63,161 nucleotides of DNA, taken from sequence record DRR378314_1692. One strand, 5' to 3'. The notes below the pieces were generated by a model that saw nothing but the letters and a program-made list of their open reading frames with translations, ran no database searches and was not told the DNA's origin. Shown piece after piece: positions 11,705 to 21,600 of this stretch. The stretch's first letter is position 1, and each line of letters opens with the position of its first letter. The position numbers were made by a program, and so were the translations under genes.

Positions 11705-13042
11705 ATGAATACGAAGACACACAAACCCAAGAACTCTACGTTAAAAGCTTTACTGAAGAAGCTATCTGACAAACAGGCAGTGATCGGAATTGTCGGATTG
11801 GGATATGTTGGACAACCACTGGCGCTGCGATACTCGGAAATCGGATATAAGGTTCTTGGCTTTGATCTTGATGAATCAAAGGTGCAGGAGCTGAACTCCG
11901 GCCACAGCTCGATTGAACATATCCAAGATGCACGTATCGCCGAAGCCTTGGGTAACGGTTTTGAAGCTACCACGGATTTTTCGAGAATTGCTGAGGCAGA
12001 CGGCATCATGCTGTGTGTCCCAACCCCCCTCAATAAATATCGCGAGCCGGATCTGAGCTTTGTTACAGATACCTGTGATCAGATTGCGGATCATTTGCGC
12101 ACGGGCCAGGTGGTGGCATTAGAAAGCACAACATATCCCGGTACGACCAAAGAAGAGGTATTACCGCGTCTTGAGAAGAATGGGCTAAAAGTAGGCGAAG
12201 ACTTGTTTGCCGTCTATTCGCCCGAGCGAGAAGATCCTGCAAATCCTGAGTTTACTACAAACACGATTCCAAAGGTGGTCGGAGGCCATAGTGACGCTTG
12301 CCTGAAGGCCGGTCTTGCGCTGTATGAACAAGCAATCGACAAACTTGTGCCGGTAAGTTCGACCGAAACTGCTGAAATGACAAAACTGCTCGAAAACATT
12401 CACCGGGCGGTAAATATCGGTCTCGTAAACGAGATGAAGGTCGTGGCCGACCGAATGGGGATTGATATTTTCGAAGTGATCGATGCGGCGGCAACCAAGC
12501 CGTTTGGCTTCACACCCTATTACCCTGGACCAGGTCTTGGTGGTCATTGCATTCCGATTGACCCGTTTTACTTGACCTGGAAAGCACGCGAATACGGCAT
12601 CAATACGCGGTTCATTGAATTGGCTGGCGAGGTGAACACCGCCATGCCGGAATATGTGTTTGGCAAACTGGCATCCGCGCTCAATGAGCGCCGCAAGGCT
12701 GTACGCGATAGCAAGATTATGGTTCTGGGCATCGCATACAAGAAAAATGTAGACGATATGCGAGAAAGCCCTGCAGTAACTTTGATGGAGCTGATCAGGG
12801 ATAATGGCGGCGATCTAAGCTACTCCGATCCGCATGTACCCACATTCCCAACGATGCGAGAGCACTTCTTCGAGCTTTCGTCCGTCGATTTAACCCCTGA
12901 AGTTCTGGCGGAGTATGACGCGGTAATTCTTGCAACCAACCATGATGCCTTTGATTATGAACTGATCAGGAAGCACGCCAAACTTCTCATCGATACTCGT
13001 GGCAAGTACCGCACATCCGAGGGCCACATCGTTCGTGCCTGA
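11705..13042 (+). CDS. wbpA: UDP-N-acetylglucosamine 6-dehydrogenase, WbpA-like
   Basis: [66 protein letters not shown]. Start placed at ATG 11705. Confidence 0.92.
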   Translation: MNTKTHKPKNSTLKALLKKLSDKQAVIGIVGLGYVGQPLALRYSEIGYKVLGFDLDESKVQELNSGHSSIEHIQDARIAEALGNGFEATTDFSRIAEADGIMLCVPTPLNKYREPDLSFVTDTCDQIADHLRTGQVVALESTTYPGTTKEEVLPRLEKNGLKVGEDLFAVYSPEREDPANPEFTTNTIPKVVGGHSDACLKAGLALYEQAIDKLVPVSSTETAEMTKLLENIHRAVNIGLVNEMKVVADRMGIDIFEVIDAAATKPFGFTPYYPGPGLGGHCIPIDPFYLTWKAREYGINTRFIELAGEVNTAMPEYVFGKLASALNERRKAVRDSKIMVLGIAYKKNVDDMRESPAVTLMELIRDNGGDLSYSDPHVPTFPTMREHFFELSSVDLTPEVLAEYDAVILATNHDAFDYELIRKHAKLLIDTRGKYRTSEGHIVRA

Positions 13043-13071
13043 GCAATTTTCCGGTAGGACCAATTCCAGGT

Positions 13072-13090
13072 AGGCTGCAAAAAGCAGCCT
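13072..13090 (+). terminator. Stem-loop after wbpA (possible terminator)
   Basis: AGGCTGC-AAAAA-GCAGCCT perfect 7-bp stem, but no strong U-tract. Confidence 0.4.
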
Positions 13091-13322
13091 GAAGTGACGT
13101 TTTGAGCGGGGGATGCGGACCAGCGAGACAATGTCGGCATGTTCCTGCCGCTCTCGAACCGTTGACGGAACGAACACCGCCGAAAGAGAGCGCAGAGAGG
13201 ATAACGCGCGTTGTCCCTGCCCGACCACACCGATATAGTCACCACAAATGTCGGGTCGACTTCGGGTTCCGAAAGTTTGGCTTTTGGCGAGTTCCATTTG
13301 TGAGCAATCAAGGGCCATCCGC

Positions 13323-15062
13323 GTGAGCTTGAAAAATCGAAACACCCCACCCCAGCGTCACGAGCTGCGAAAAGTACGCAATCAGGGCAACAGTTTCCTT
13401 GCGCTTGCCTTTCTGTTCAGCGTGTTTGTCAACATGCTGATGCTGACTGGTCCGTTGTTCATGCTGCAGGTGTATGATCGCGTGCTCGGATCACGCTCGG
13501 TCGAGACTCTGTCGGCACTGTTCCTGCTTGTCGCGCTGCTTTATGCACTGATGGCGATGCTGGATTATGCGCGCGGTCGGATCGTCGCCAGATTTGGGGC
13601 CCGCTTTCAGTCAGCCCTTGATGAGCGCGTGTTTGAAGGGACGATGCGGCGTGCATTGTTTCCGCAAATTCGGTCTGCACCAGCGACGGCTTTGCGTGAT
13701 CTGGAGTCTATTCGTTCATTGTGCGCCTCCCCCGTATTACTTGCGGTAATGGACATACCGTGGACCCCAATATTTCTGGCGGCAATTTTCCTGTTTCACC
13801 CGCTGCTTGGCTGGCTGGCGGTCGCAGGTGGCGCAATCTTGGTGATGATTGCCCTGCTTAACCAAGGACTTACCCACCGAAAGGTGGCCGAAGCCCAGAC
13901 TGCCACAGCCAAGGCCAACGCCTTTTCTGAACACGCCCGGCAGGCCGCTGAAGTGGTCAGGTCGCAGGGGATGCAAGAAGATGTCTCGAAGCGTTGGCTT
14001 AAACAACGTACGGAAGCGCTCTCTCAGTCCATTTCAGCCAGTGATTGGACCGGCAGTTTCACTTCGCTAACCAAATCTCTGCGGCTGTTTCTGCAATCGG
14101 CGATGCTGGCGCTTGGCGCATGGCTTGTTCTTCAAAATGAAATGACGCCCGGGGCGATGATTGCGGGCACGATTCTTTTGGGTCGTGCATTGGCACCGAT
14201 AGAAATGGCCGTAGGCCAATGGTCGATGATTGAACGTGCGCGTATGGCTTGGATCAACCTGAACCAGTTCCTCGATTCTACACCGCCCGAGGAATCGCGT
14301 ACAAAACTGCCCACGCCCAAGGCACATATTGTGGCAAAGGGCCTGACCGTAATTCCGCCGGGTGCCAAAACACCAACACTTCGCAATGCTGCACTTGAGC
14401 TTGAGCCCGGTCGGGCGCTTGGTGTGATCGGTAAAAGCGGATCAGGCAAGACAACGCTTGCAAAAGCGCTGCTTGGATTGTGGGCCCCGGCTGCCGGGGA
14501 AATTCGATTGGGTGGGGCGACACTTGATCAATACGACCCGGATGACCTTGGTCAGCACATTGGCTATTTGCCGCAACAGGTGACGCTGTTCAATGGCACT
14601 GTGGCTGAGAATATCGCACGAATGTCACAAACGCCTGATCCCGAAGCCGTTGTAGCAGCAGCCAAAACTGCAAATGCGCATGATTTGATCCTGGGGCTCG
14701 AAAAAGGGTATGACACGTTCCTTGAGGGGAACGACAGTCAACTGTCTGGCGGGCAAAAACAACGGATTGCGCTTGCGCGGGCGCTTTACGGCAATCCTGT
14801 TGTGTTGATTTTGGATGAACCAAACTCGGCCCTTGATGCGGATGGAACACTGGCTCTGAACACAGCGGTTCGTGAGCTTAAGAAAGCTGGAAAATCGACG
14901 ATAATCATGACCCATCGCCCACAAGCCATTTCAGAGTGCGATGATCTTGTGGTGGTTGAAAAAGGCCAGATCGTTAAATCCGGCGGACGCGATGAGGTTC
15001 TGAATACGATGGTGCAAAACGCCAATGTCATAAAAAGGCACCTGAATAAGGTGGGTGAATGA
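13323..15062 (+). CDS. Type I secretion ABC permease/ATPase, PrtD/AprD/RsaD family
   Basis: LTGPLFMLQVYDRVL, GKSGSGKT, LSGGQKQR, LDEPNSALD; no C39-like domain. Start uncertain (GTG 13323 chosen). Confidence 0.93.
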   Translation: MSLKNRNTPPQRHELRKVRNQGNSFLALAFLFSVFVNMLMLTGPLFMLQVYDRVLGSRSVETLSALFLLVALLYALMAMLDYARGRIVARFGARFQSALDERVFEGTMRRALFPQIRSAPATALRDLESIRSLCASPVLLAVMDIPWTPIFLAAIFLFHPLLGWLAVAGGAILVMIALLNQGLTHRKVAEAQTATAKANAFSEHARQAAEVVRSQGMQEDVSKRWLKQRTEALSQSISASDWTGSFTSLTKSLRLFLQSAMLALGAWLVLQNEMTPGAMIAGTILLGRALAPIEMAVGQWSMIERARMAWINLNQFLDSTPPEESRTKLPTPKAHIVAKGLTVIPPGAKTPTLRNAALELEPGRALGVIGKSGSGKTTLAKALLGLWAPAAGEIRLGGATLDQYDPDDLGQHIGYLPQQVTLFNGTVAENIARMSQTPDPEAVVAAAKTANAHDLILGLEKGYDTFLEGNDSQLSGGQKQRIALARALYGNPVVLILDEPNSALDADGTLALNTAVRELKKAGKSTIIMTHRPQAISECDDLVVVEKGQIVKSGGRDEVLNTMVQNANVIKRHLNKVGE

Positions 15063-16369
15063 TGTCAGACAACATTTCACGTCCGGCGTGGAGCATCAAG
15101 GCTCCGGCGATTGTAGGCATTTCCGCTTTGGCCATTCTTATTCTGGGATTGGGGGTTTGGAGTGTCCGCACCGAACTCGCAGGGGCTATCATCTCTCAGG
15201 GCGTGATTGAAGTACAAAGCAAGCGTCAGGTGATCGAGCACCCTGACGGTGGGGTTGTCGGGGAAATCTTCGTGCGCGACGGTGATTCTGTCATACGCGG
15301 GGATTTGATGTTGAGGCTCGATGACACATTCCTCGCGTCGGAAAAAACCATCGTAGAATCGCAGCTGTTCGAGTTGCTCGCCCGGATGGCTCGGCTAGAG
15401 GCAGAAAGGGATGGAGCAAATTCCGATGCGCTTGCCCAAAGTCTGCAAGAACTCAAGGCCCGCGAAATGATCGATGACGATCTTCTGGCAGGCCAGAGGC
15501 GTTTATTTGATGCAAGACTGAACACTTTATCTCAGCAGATCGATCAGTTGGGCAAGCAGAAGGTCCAGATCGAAAACGAGATTGAAGGTATTCAGGCACA
15601 GCTCGCATCGCTGAATACTCAGGTTGATCTCATCAGAACCGAACTCAAAGATCAGCAAGGATTGCTGCAACGGGGTTTGACACAAGCCAGCCGTGTATCT
15701 GCCTTACAAAGGGAAGAAGCGGACCTGACAGGACAAATCGGTCGGCTGGAATCGACGATCGCCCGTCTAAACGGTCAGATCGCCACGACCGAAATTCAGA
15801 TTGTCGAACTGCAGGCCACCCGACGCGAAGAAGCAATCACCGAACTTCGAGACGTTCAATCTCGTGTGCTTGAGCTGGCCGAGCGGCGTCTCTCACTCAC
15901 TGAGCGTTTGTCGCGCCTGGATATTCGCGCACCTGTTGCGGGCACCGTTTATGACAGTCAGGTGTCCGCTATCCAGTCTGTGGTACAACCGGGCGAGCCG
16001 ATGATGTATGTCGTGCCTCAGGATACTCCGTTGCTGGTTGCAGCACGTGTCGACGCGTTGCATGTTGACCAACTGCACCGCGGGCAGGACGTCGCCTTGC
16101 GGTTTCCGGCCTTCAACCAACGCGATACCCCCGAGATCGACGGTCATGTCATCAATGTTTCGGCAGATACCTTCACTGACGAGGCCAGCGGCTTCACCTT
16201 CTATAGGGCTGAGGTGGTGCCTGATGAGGGCCAACTAGAGCGGTTAAACGGTCAGGAACTGCTGCCCGGGATGCCAGTCGAGGCTATGATCAAGACAGAT
16301 GAGCGCACGCCGCTTTCCTATCTGATCAAACCCTTCGCCGATTACTTTTATCGCGCCTTTCGGGAATGA
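15059..16369 (+). CDS. Type I secretion membrane-fusion protein (PrtE/HlyD family)
   Basis: Single TM, IEHPDGGVV, long coiled coil, IRAPVAGTV, LPGMPVE, LSYLIKP. ATGA overlap with the ATPase stop. Confidence 0.93.
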   Translation: MMSDNISRPAWSIKAPAIVGISALAILILGLGVWSVRTELAGAIISQGVIEVQSKRQVIEHPDGGVVGEIFVRDGDSVIRGDLMLRLDDTFLASEKTIVESQLFELLARMARLEAERDGANSDALAQSLQELKAREMIDDDLLAGQRRLFDARLNTLSQQIDQLGKQKVQIENEIEGIQAQLASLNTQVDLIRTELKDQQGLLQRGLTQASRVSALQREEADLTGQIGRLESTIARLNGQIATTEIQIVELQATRREEAITELRDVQSRVLELAERRLSLTERLSRLDIRAPVAGTVYDSQVSAIQSVVQPGEPMMYVVPQDTPLLVAARVDALHVDQLHRGQDVALRFPAFNQRDTPEIDGHVINVSADTFTDEASGFTFYRAEVVPDEGQLERLNGQELLPGMPVEAMIKTDERTPLSYLIKPFADYFYRAFRE

Positions 16370-16390
16370 TGTGGGCGGTGCAGCCCATAT

Positions 16391-18436
16391 TCAAACCGCC
16401 TCGACATTGCCTAGAAGAACGGATGTCATGTCGATCGTCAAAGCCCCGTCAACTAGGGTGACATCTGCCCCCGTGTCGTAAACTACGTTGTTTCTGGTGA
16501 TACCGGAAAGGTCTGCGTTTGCGTCCAAGAACACCCATTCGGCGTCATGCTCTGTGGATTGGCCAACAGCGACCTGAAGAATGGCCAGTGCATCGAGCGC
16601 ATTAACGGATCCATCCTGGGTAATGTCGGCGGCGATGAAATTTTCTGCAACCGCAGGGCCCCAGGTCGGATCGAGACCGACAGACATACGCAATACTTGC
16701 AGCGCGTCCAACGCGGTAATCTCGTTGCTCGCCGTCGAATAAGATTTGATAATTTCCAATTGGCCCGGAAACACCCCATGCGGAACATCTAAAGCAAACT
16801 CACCGTATTCATTGGCTTGCGCCGTAAGGGGAGAGCCTCCATCAGGCGTGAACCGAATTTCTGCATCCTTTATCGCGAGATTTTGAGTGGCGGAATCAAG
16901 GGTGAACGTCCCTGCAAAGCCCTCGGATGCATTGTTGTCTGGCCCTGATCCCAGGTCGACCGGGATGTGATCCGGCCCATCGAAACCCGCCCCAAATACC
17001 TGTGTACTGGTCAACGGAGCGTTGGTGTCGGAAATCAATTCAATCGACTCGCCCCGATAGGCTATTCGGGCCCCAATTGAAGTTGACGTGAAATCCAACT
17101 GCGCAGGCGTTCTGAGGAAGGCGTAGTCTGACAAGTCCAGTCGATCTGTTCCAATTTCAAAATCTGTGATTACAGATGGGCCGCTGTTTTGGCGAACAAC
17201 AAATATATCCGCCCCCGCCCCTCCCGTCATGATCGTCGAGCTTGTACCGGTGATCAGTATGTCATTTCCTGCTCCGCCATTCAGCGTCGTGTCAAGAATG
17301 CCCCCGCTCAGCAGGTCGTCTTGCGCGGTCCCTGTCACCGAACCATAGCCTTGTGCAACAACCCCAAGATCAGCAACTGATAGGCTGAGCTGGGTCAGGC
17401 CCGCATCCTGTTGGGAGGTTGCAAATATTTGCAATTCGTCCCCCACATGCGCGGCGCTGAGGGTTTCGACATTCTGTAGCCCGCTTTCCAACGTGTCTGC
17501 GAAACTGTCCATATGGATGAGTTGCCCGTCCGGGGTCATCGTGAACAGGTTAACACCGTCATCCCCGCCCCCTGCCAGAACAAAGACCCGTCCTGCAATC
17601 TCGACCACCGCAAGATCCTGCACGGATTCGAAACGCGTGTGCAAGGTATCCAGGACGTGGTCGGTTGGTCTAAGCTGGCCGCTACCGCTCAGTTCCATAA
17701 CGCTAAGCGAGTTACTTTCTGAGCCCGCAACCACAACCCAGGATTTTCCGTATGCCTGTACAACTTCGATAGCTGTCGGTGCGTTTATGCCCAGCGTTTG
17801 AATTGATGCATTGCCATCAACGGCTGCCAGCGTGCCGGTATTTTGATCGACAGAATAAGACAAAATGGAATTACTTGCCGTCTCAATGGCGACAACGAAT
17901 TGTTTCGAACCCGCTTGCAGCGACTGCAACTCATTTGCTTGACCCACAACGGTATTTATTAGGTTCAGCGTCCCGTCGGCATGGATGCGATAGGTTGCGA
18001 GCTGACTGGTATCTTCATGCGCAAGCGTCAGAATGTCATGCGCCCCAACCGTCATCTGGGTTGCTGCGGATATATCTCCGCCACCAGATAAAGTGACGGT
18101 TTCGTGTATCTCGCCGATAGTGCCGTCCGTGTTCAGGTCATACCCGATCAGGCCCGTCGCGGTGTCAACATCCAAAATAAGTTGATCGTCATCCACGAGA
18201 TCGATCGGAATGCCGATTCGCCCGACCTGATGTGCGATTGTCGCTTCAAAGTACTGCTGATCCACTGCTTGCGCCGCCACTCCGGCTTCAAGGCGCCAGG
18301 ACACGATCCCGCCACCGGGTCCTGTCGTGCTATAAAGATACGTTGCTCCGTTAAATGTTTTTAAAGCGGTATCGCCGATACCTGAATCGAGCGCTGCGGT
18401 CCCCGTTGCCACCACATCTTTGAACTGAAGCATCAT
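16391..18436 (-). CDS. Secreted RTX-repeat protein: N-terminal beta-propeller-like region, RTX nonapeptides, C-terminal X-module plus dockerin-like domain
   Basis: Blade-like repeats (YLYSTTG..GGIVSW, VVVAGSESNSLSV, FVLAGGGDDGVNLF). RTX: GGAGNDILI, GGAGADIFV, then ITDFEIGTDRLDLS. Duplicated ALDAL helices with loop DITQDGSVNALD. Start placed at ATG 18436. Confidence 0.8.
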   Translation of the reverse strand: MMLQFKDVVATGTAALDSGIGDTALKTFNGATYLYSTTGPGGGIVSWRLEAGVAAQAVDQQYFEATIAHQVGRIGIPIDLVDDDQLILDVDTATGLIGYDLNTDGTIGEIHETVTLSGGGDISAATQMTVGAHDILTLAHEDTSQLATYRIHADGTLNLINTVVGQANELQSLQAGSKQFVVAIETASNSILSYSVDQNTGTLAAVDGNASIQTLGINAPTAIEVVQAYGKSWVVVAGSESNSLSVMELSGSGQLRPTDHVLDTLHTRFESVQDLAVVEIAGRVFVLAGGGDDGVNLFTMTPDGQLIHMDSFADTLESGLQNVETLSAAHVGDELQIFATSQQDAGLTQLSLSVADLGVVAQGYGSVTGTAQDDLLSGGILDTTLNGGAGNDILITGTSSTIMTGGAGADIFVVRQNSGPSVITDFEIGTDRLDLSDYAFLRTPAQLDFTSTSIGARIAYRGESIELISDTNAPLTSTQVFGAGFDGPDHIPVDLGSGPDNNASEGFAGTFTLDSATQNLAIKDAEIRFTPDGGSPLTAQANEYGEFALDVPHGVFPGQLEIIKSYSTASNEITALDALQVLRMSVGLDPTWGPAVAENFIAADITQDGSVNALDALAILQVAVGQSTEHDAEWVFLDANADLSGITRNNVVYDTGADVTLVDGALTIDMTSVLLGNVEAV

Positions 18437-18657
18437 CGCCCCTACCCCCAACCACCCCTGGTAGTGGAAACAGGATGGAACGATGCCCAGCCGAGAACCA
18501 GAGCAGAAATGTGGTGAAAACAAGGGCTTCAGTTTCAGATTAACTCAAATTTTCAGGTTCGCCCGCATGGGTTACCAAATCGAAACACACATGAACGGGT
18601 TCGAACCGGGAACTGCGGGACATGCAAGTGCCTGCGTCCATCAAATGTGAGGGCAAC

Positions 18658-21600
18658 ATGACCAAAAACACCGTCTCGACCGAAAATTCGAACACGGAAA
18701 TTCAGCCCTATGCGCAACGTAAGCGCCATATTCATGAATGGATCGAAAAAAAGCTCGGTCGTTGGGCCAAACGTGGATTTGCCGGAGGCCTGGGATCAAC
18801 GCTGATGGCACTGCCAGTGCTTGCTCAGGCGACGGATGAGCAGCTTGAATCCTATCAATTTGCCGAGGCCATCCCTGGTGTCCGGGCCGCAAAATTGCTG
18901 GCAAACGGGGACGTGCAATTGAAGCTGGTTGATGGCCGAACGGTTATCGTTAATGCCGAGAATGTCCAGATTCTGGACAACGGCACAATCATGCTGGCAG
19001 ATGAAGTTGTCGGAGAAATTGCCGAATTTAGTGTTGCTTCCGAAGCTGCTGGTGCGACCGCTACCGCTGGCGGGGTTAGCGGTGCAGGGCTTGCGTTGGG
19101 CGGCCTTGGTCTTGCCGGTGCGGCAGCCGCTGCAGGCGGCGGCGGCGGTGGGGACGACGACAAGGACGATAGTGAGGTTCCGTCAGTAACGCCATCGCCA
19201 CCACGCCCGCCCAGCCTTAATCTGCAGGAGTTACAGACAAACGAGCTCAACAATATCAGCAGCCAGTCTACCACCCCTGAGGGCACAACTTCGGTCGAAG
19301 TCACTATTGGATCAATAACCAGAACCATCTCACCTGATGCCGATGGGGGGTGGAGCGCTTCGCTAACCTCCGCCGAAGCCGCCGGGCTGCCTCAGGGAAT
19401 TTCAACAGTTACAATCCGCCATCTGGATGGGTCCGGGACGGAACTTTCGACCGAAACTGCCCAATTTGATGTTGATACAGTTCCACCCACATTGGCAATT
19501 ACCGCATTTTCCGCTGGTACCGTTTTGAACACAGCCGAGCAGGGTGAAAACCTGGAAATCTCAGGCACAACAGATGCCGAGAATGGCCAAATCGTTGCGG
19601 TTACAGTCGGTGGACAGACATATCAGGGGGCCGTCTCAGGCGGTGGTTGGAGCATTACGGTTCCAGCTGCAGACCTTGCGGCGCTGCCAGATGGAGCAAA
19701 TGTTGCGGTGACGGCGGACATAGCGGACCGCGCAGGAAACCCCGCTGATCAGGCAACCGGTGCATTTGATACTGATTTTTCTGCCCCTGCTCTTACTCTG
19801 AACCCTATTGGTGGAGGTTCCATCGACTTGGCAGATGTCGGGGGCGATCTGGTCCTGACCGGTACGACCACAGCTGAGAACGGTCAGACAGTTACTGTAT
19901 CTTTCGAAGGTCAAGATTATGTCGGGGCCGCCTTGGGCGGCAACTGGTCCGTGACAATTCCAAATGCCGATCTGTCGGGGTTGGTGACTGGAACACCCGC
20001 CTCAGTTTTGGTCGTAGTCAATGATGCTGCAGGCAACCCGGCGGCACCGGTCAGCGCCTCTGTTCCGGTCGATCTGACCGGCCCCTCGATCGCGATTGCC
20101 CCCTTATCCGTGGGTACTGTTTTAAACGCAGTGGAGGTGGGTTCAAATCTGATGGTAAGCGGCACGACAGGGAATGTAACTGACGGGCAGCAAGTTACGA
20201 TCTCGTTGAACGGACAGACCTACACCGACTTGGTGTCGAACGGGAATTGGGGCGTAGTCATCCCGTCAGCGGACCTTGTCGCGCTGGTCGATGGTGGAAG
20301 CTTTGATCTAACAGCAGATGTCACAGACGCCGACGGCCTGCCGGCCCCACAGCACAGTGTCAACCTGACCAAAGATGTCTCGGCCCCTAGTCTGAGCATC
20401 GATAGTTTTTCACACGGCACGGTCATGAATGCGACGGAGCGTGACGCTGATCTAACCATATCAGGAACTACATCTGCCGAGGGCGGGCAAATAGTGACGG
20501 TAAATCTGAACGGACAAACTTATTCGGGTGTCGTTACCGGGGGATCATGGACCGCAACTGTACCGGCTGCCGACTTGGCTGCACTGTCTGATGGGGCCAC
20601 GGTGGTTGCCACAGCCGATGTGTCCGATCTGGCGGGTAACCCTTCGGCACAGGCAACGGGCAGTTTCGATACCGATTTCACACCTCCGGCCCTAACGATT
20701 TCGACCCTATCCAGTGGCCCGATATTGATTATCGCAGAGCAAGCTTCTGACTTGATCGTTTCCGGAACGTCTGACGTCAGCAACGGAACGCAAGTCACTG
20801 TTCAAATTGTAGATTCAAGTGGCGCGGTATTGAGCAGTGGCACCGCCTCGGTCAGTGGTGGGGCCTGGACCTATACCGCCGCCGCAGCTGATCTGAGCGG
20901 CTTACAGGATGGAGCGTCATATGACGTGAACGCATCAGTTTCTGATGCAGCAGGCAATGCCAACAGTACCTCGACAAGTTTCAGCACTGATCTTGATGCG
21001 CCTACGATCGCACTGAACCCACTATCTGTTGGTCCTGTACTGGATGTCATTGAACAGGGAAATGATCTTAGCGTTTCCGGCACGACCTCAGCCGATGATG
21101 GGCAGACGGTTACGGTCAGTCTGAACGGTACGACGTATACATCGGTGGTTTCGGGTGGCGGTTGGAATGTAGTTATCCCCACCGCCGATTTGCTCGGACT
21201 TTCTGATAATGATAATTACCAGATCACGGCATCCGTTGAGGATGCGGCGGGGAATCCGGCGAGCAATGCTCTGGCTACGTTGGGTACAAATTTCCAACCG
21301 ATCCTAAGCCTGAATACACCCGGAACGAACAGTGCCGTTTCACTATCCGATGCACAAAATACCGGTTTGACAATCTCAGGTGGATCCACCGGTTTGACGG
21401 GGGGGCAGTCGGTAGATGTCACGTTGAATTCGATCACCATCGGAAGCGCAAGCGTCGCCGCTGACGGCAGTTGGAGCTTGGCCGTGCCTGCTTCTGCCTT
21501 CGCCGCGATCGAGGCTGGCGATGCGCTTGGTTTTTCTGCACAAGCAACTGTCCCGGGTGGTTCCGACCCGGTACCGGTCTCGGCTGAGGCTTTCGCTCAT

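Noticed and set aside
13172-13200. ACACCGCCGAAAG, reminiscent of a glycine riboswitch core
   Set aside because: The flanking GGAGA and CTCTCAGG elements are not in the required order, and the downstream gene context does not fit.
12890-13350. Two minus-strand ORFs (151 and 131 aa) across the wbpA-prtD gap
   Set aside because: They overlap both flanking genes, have no motifs and show atypical composition.
18540-18554. Possible CtrA box (TTAA-N7-TTTC) between the two RTX genes
   Set aside because: The second half-site has two mismatches; too weak to call.
19210-21600. Repeats considered as a CRISPR array or mobile-element repeats
   Set aside because: They are degenerate in-frame ~300-bp protein-domain repeats, with no identical short repeats or spacers.
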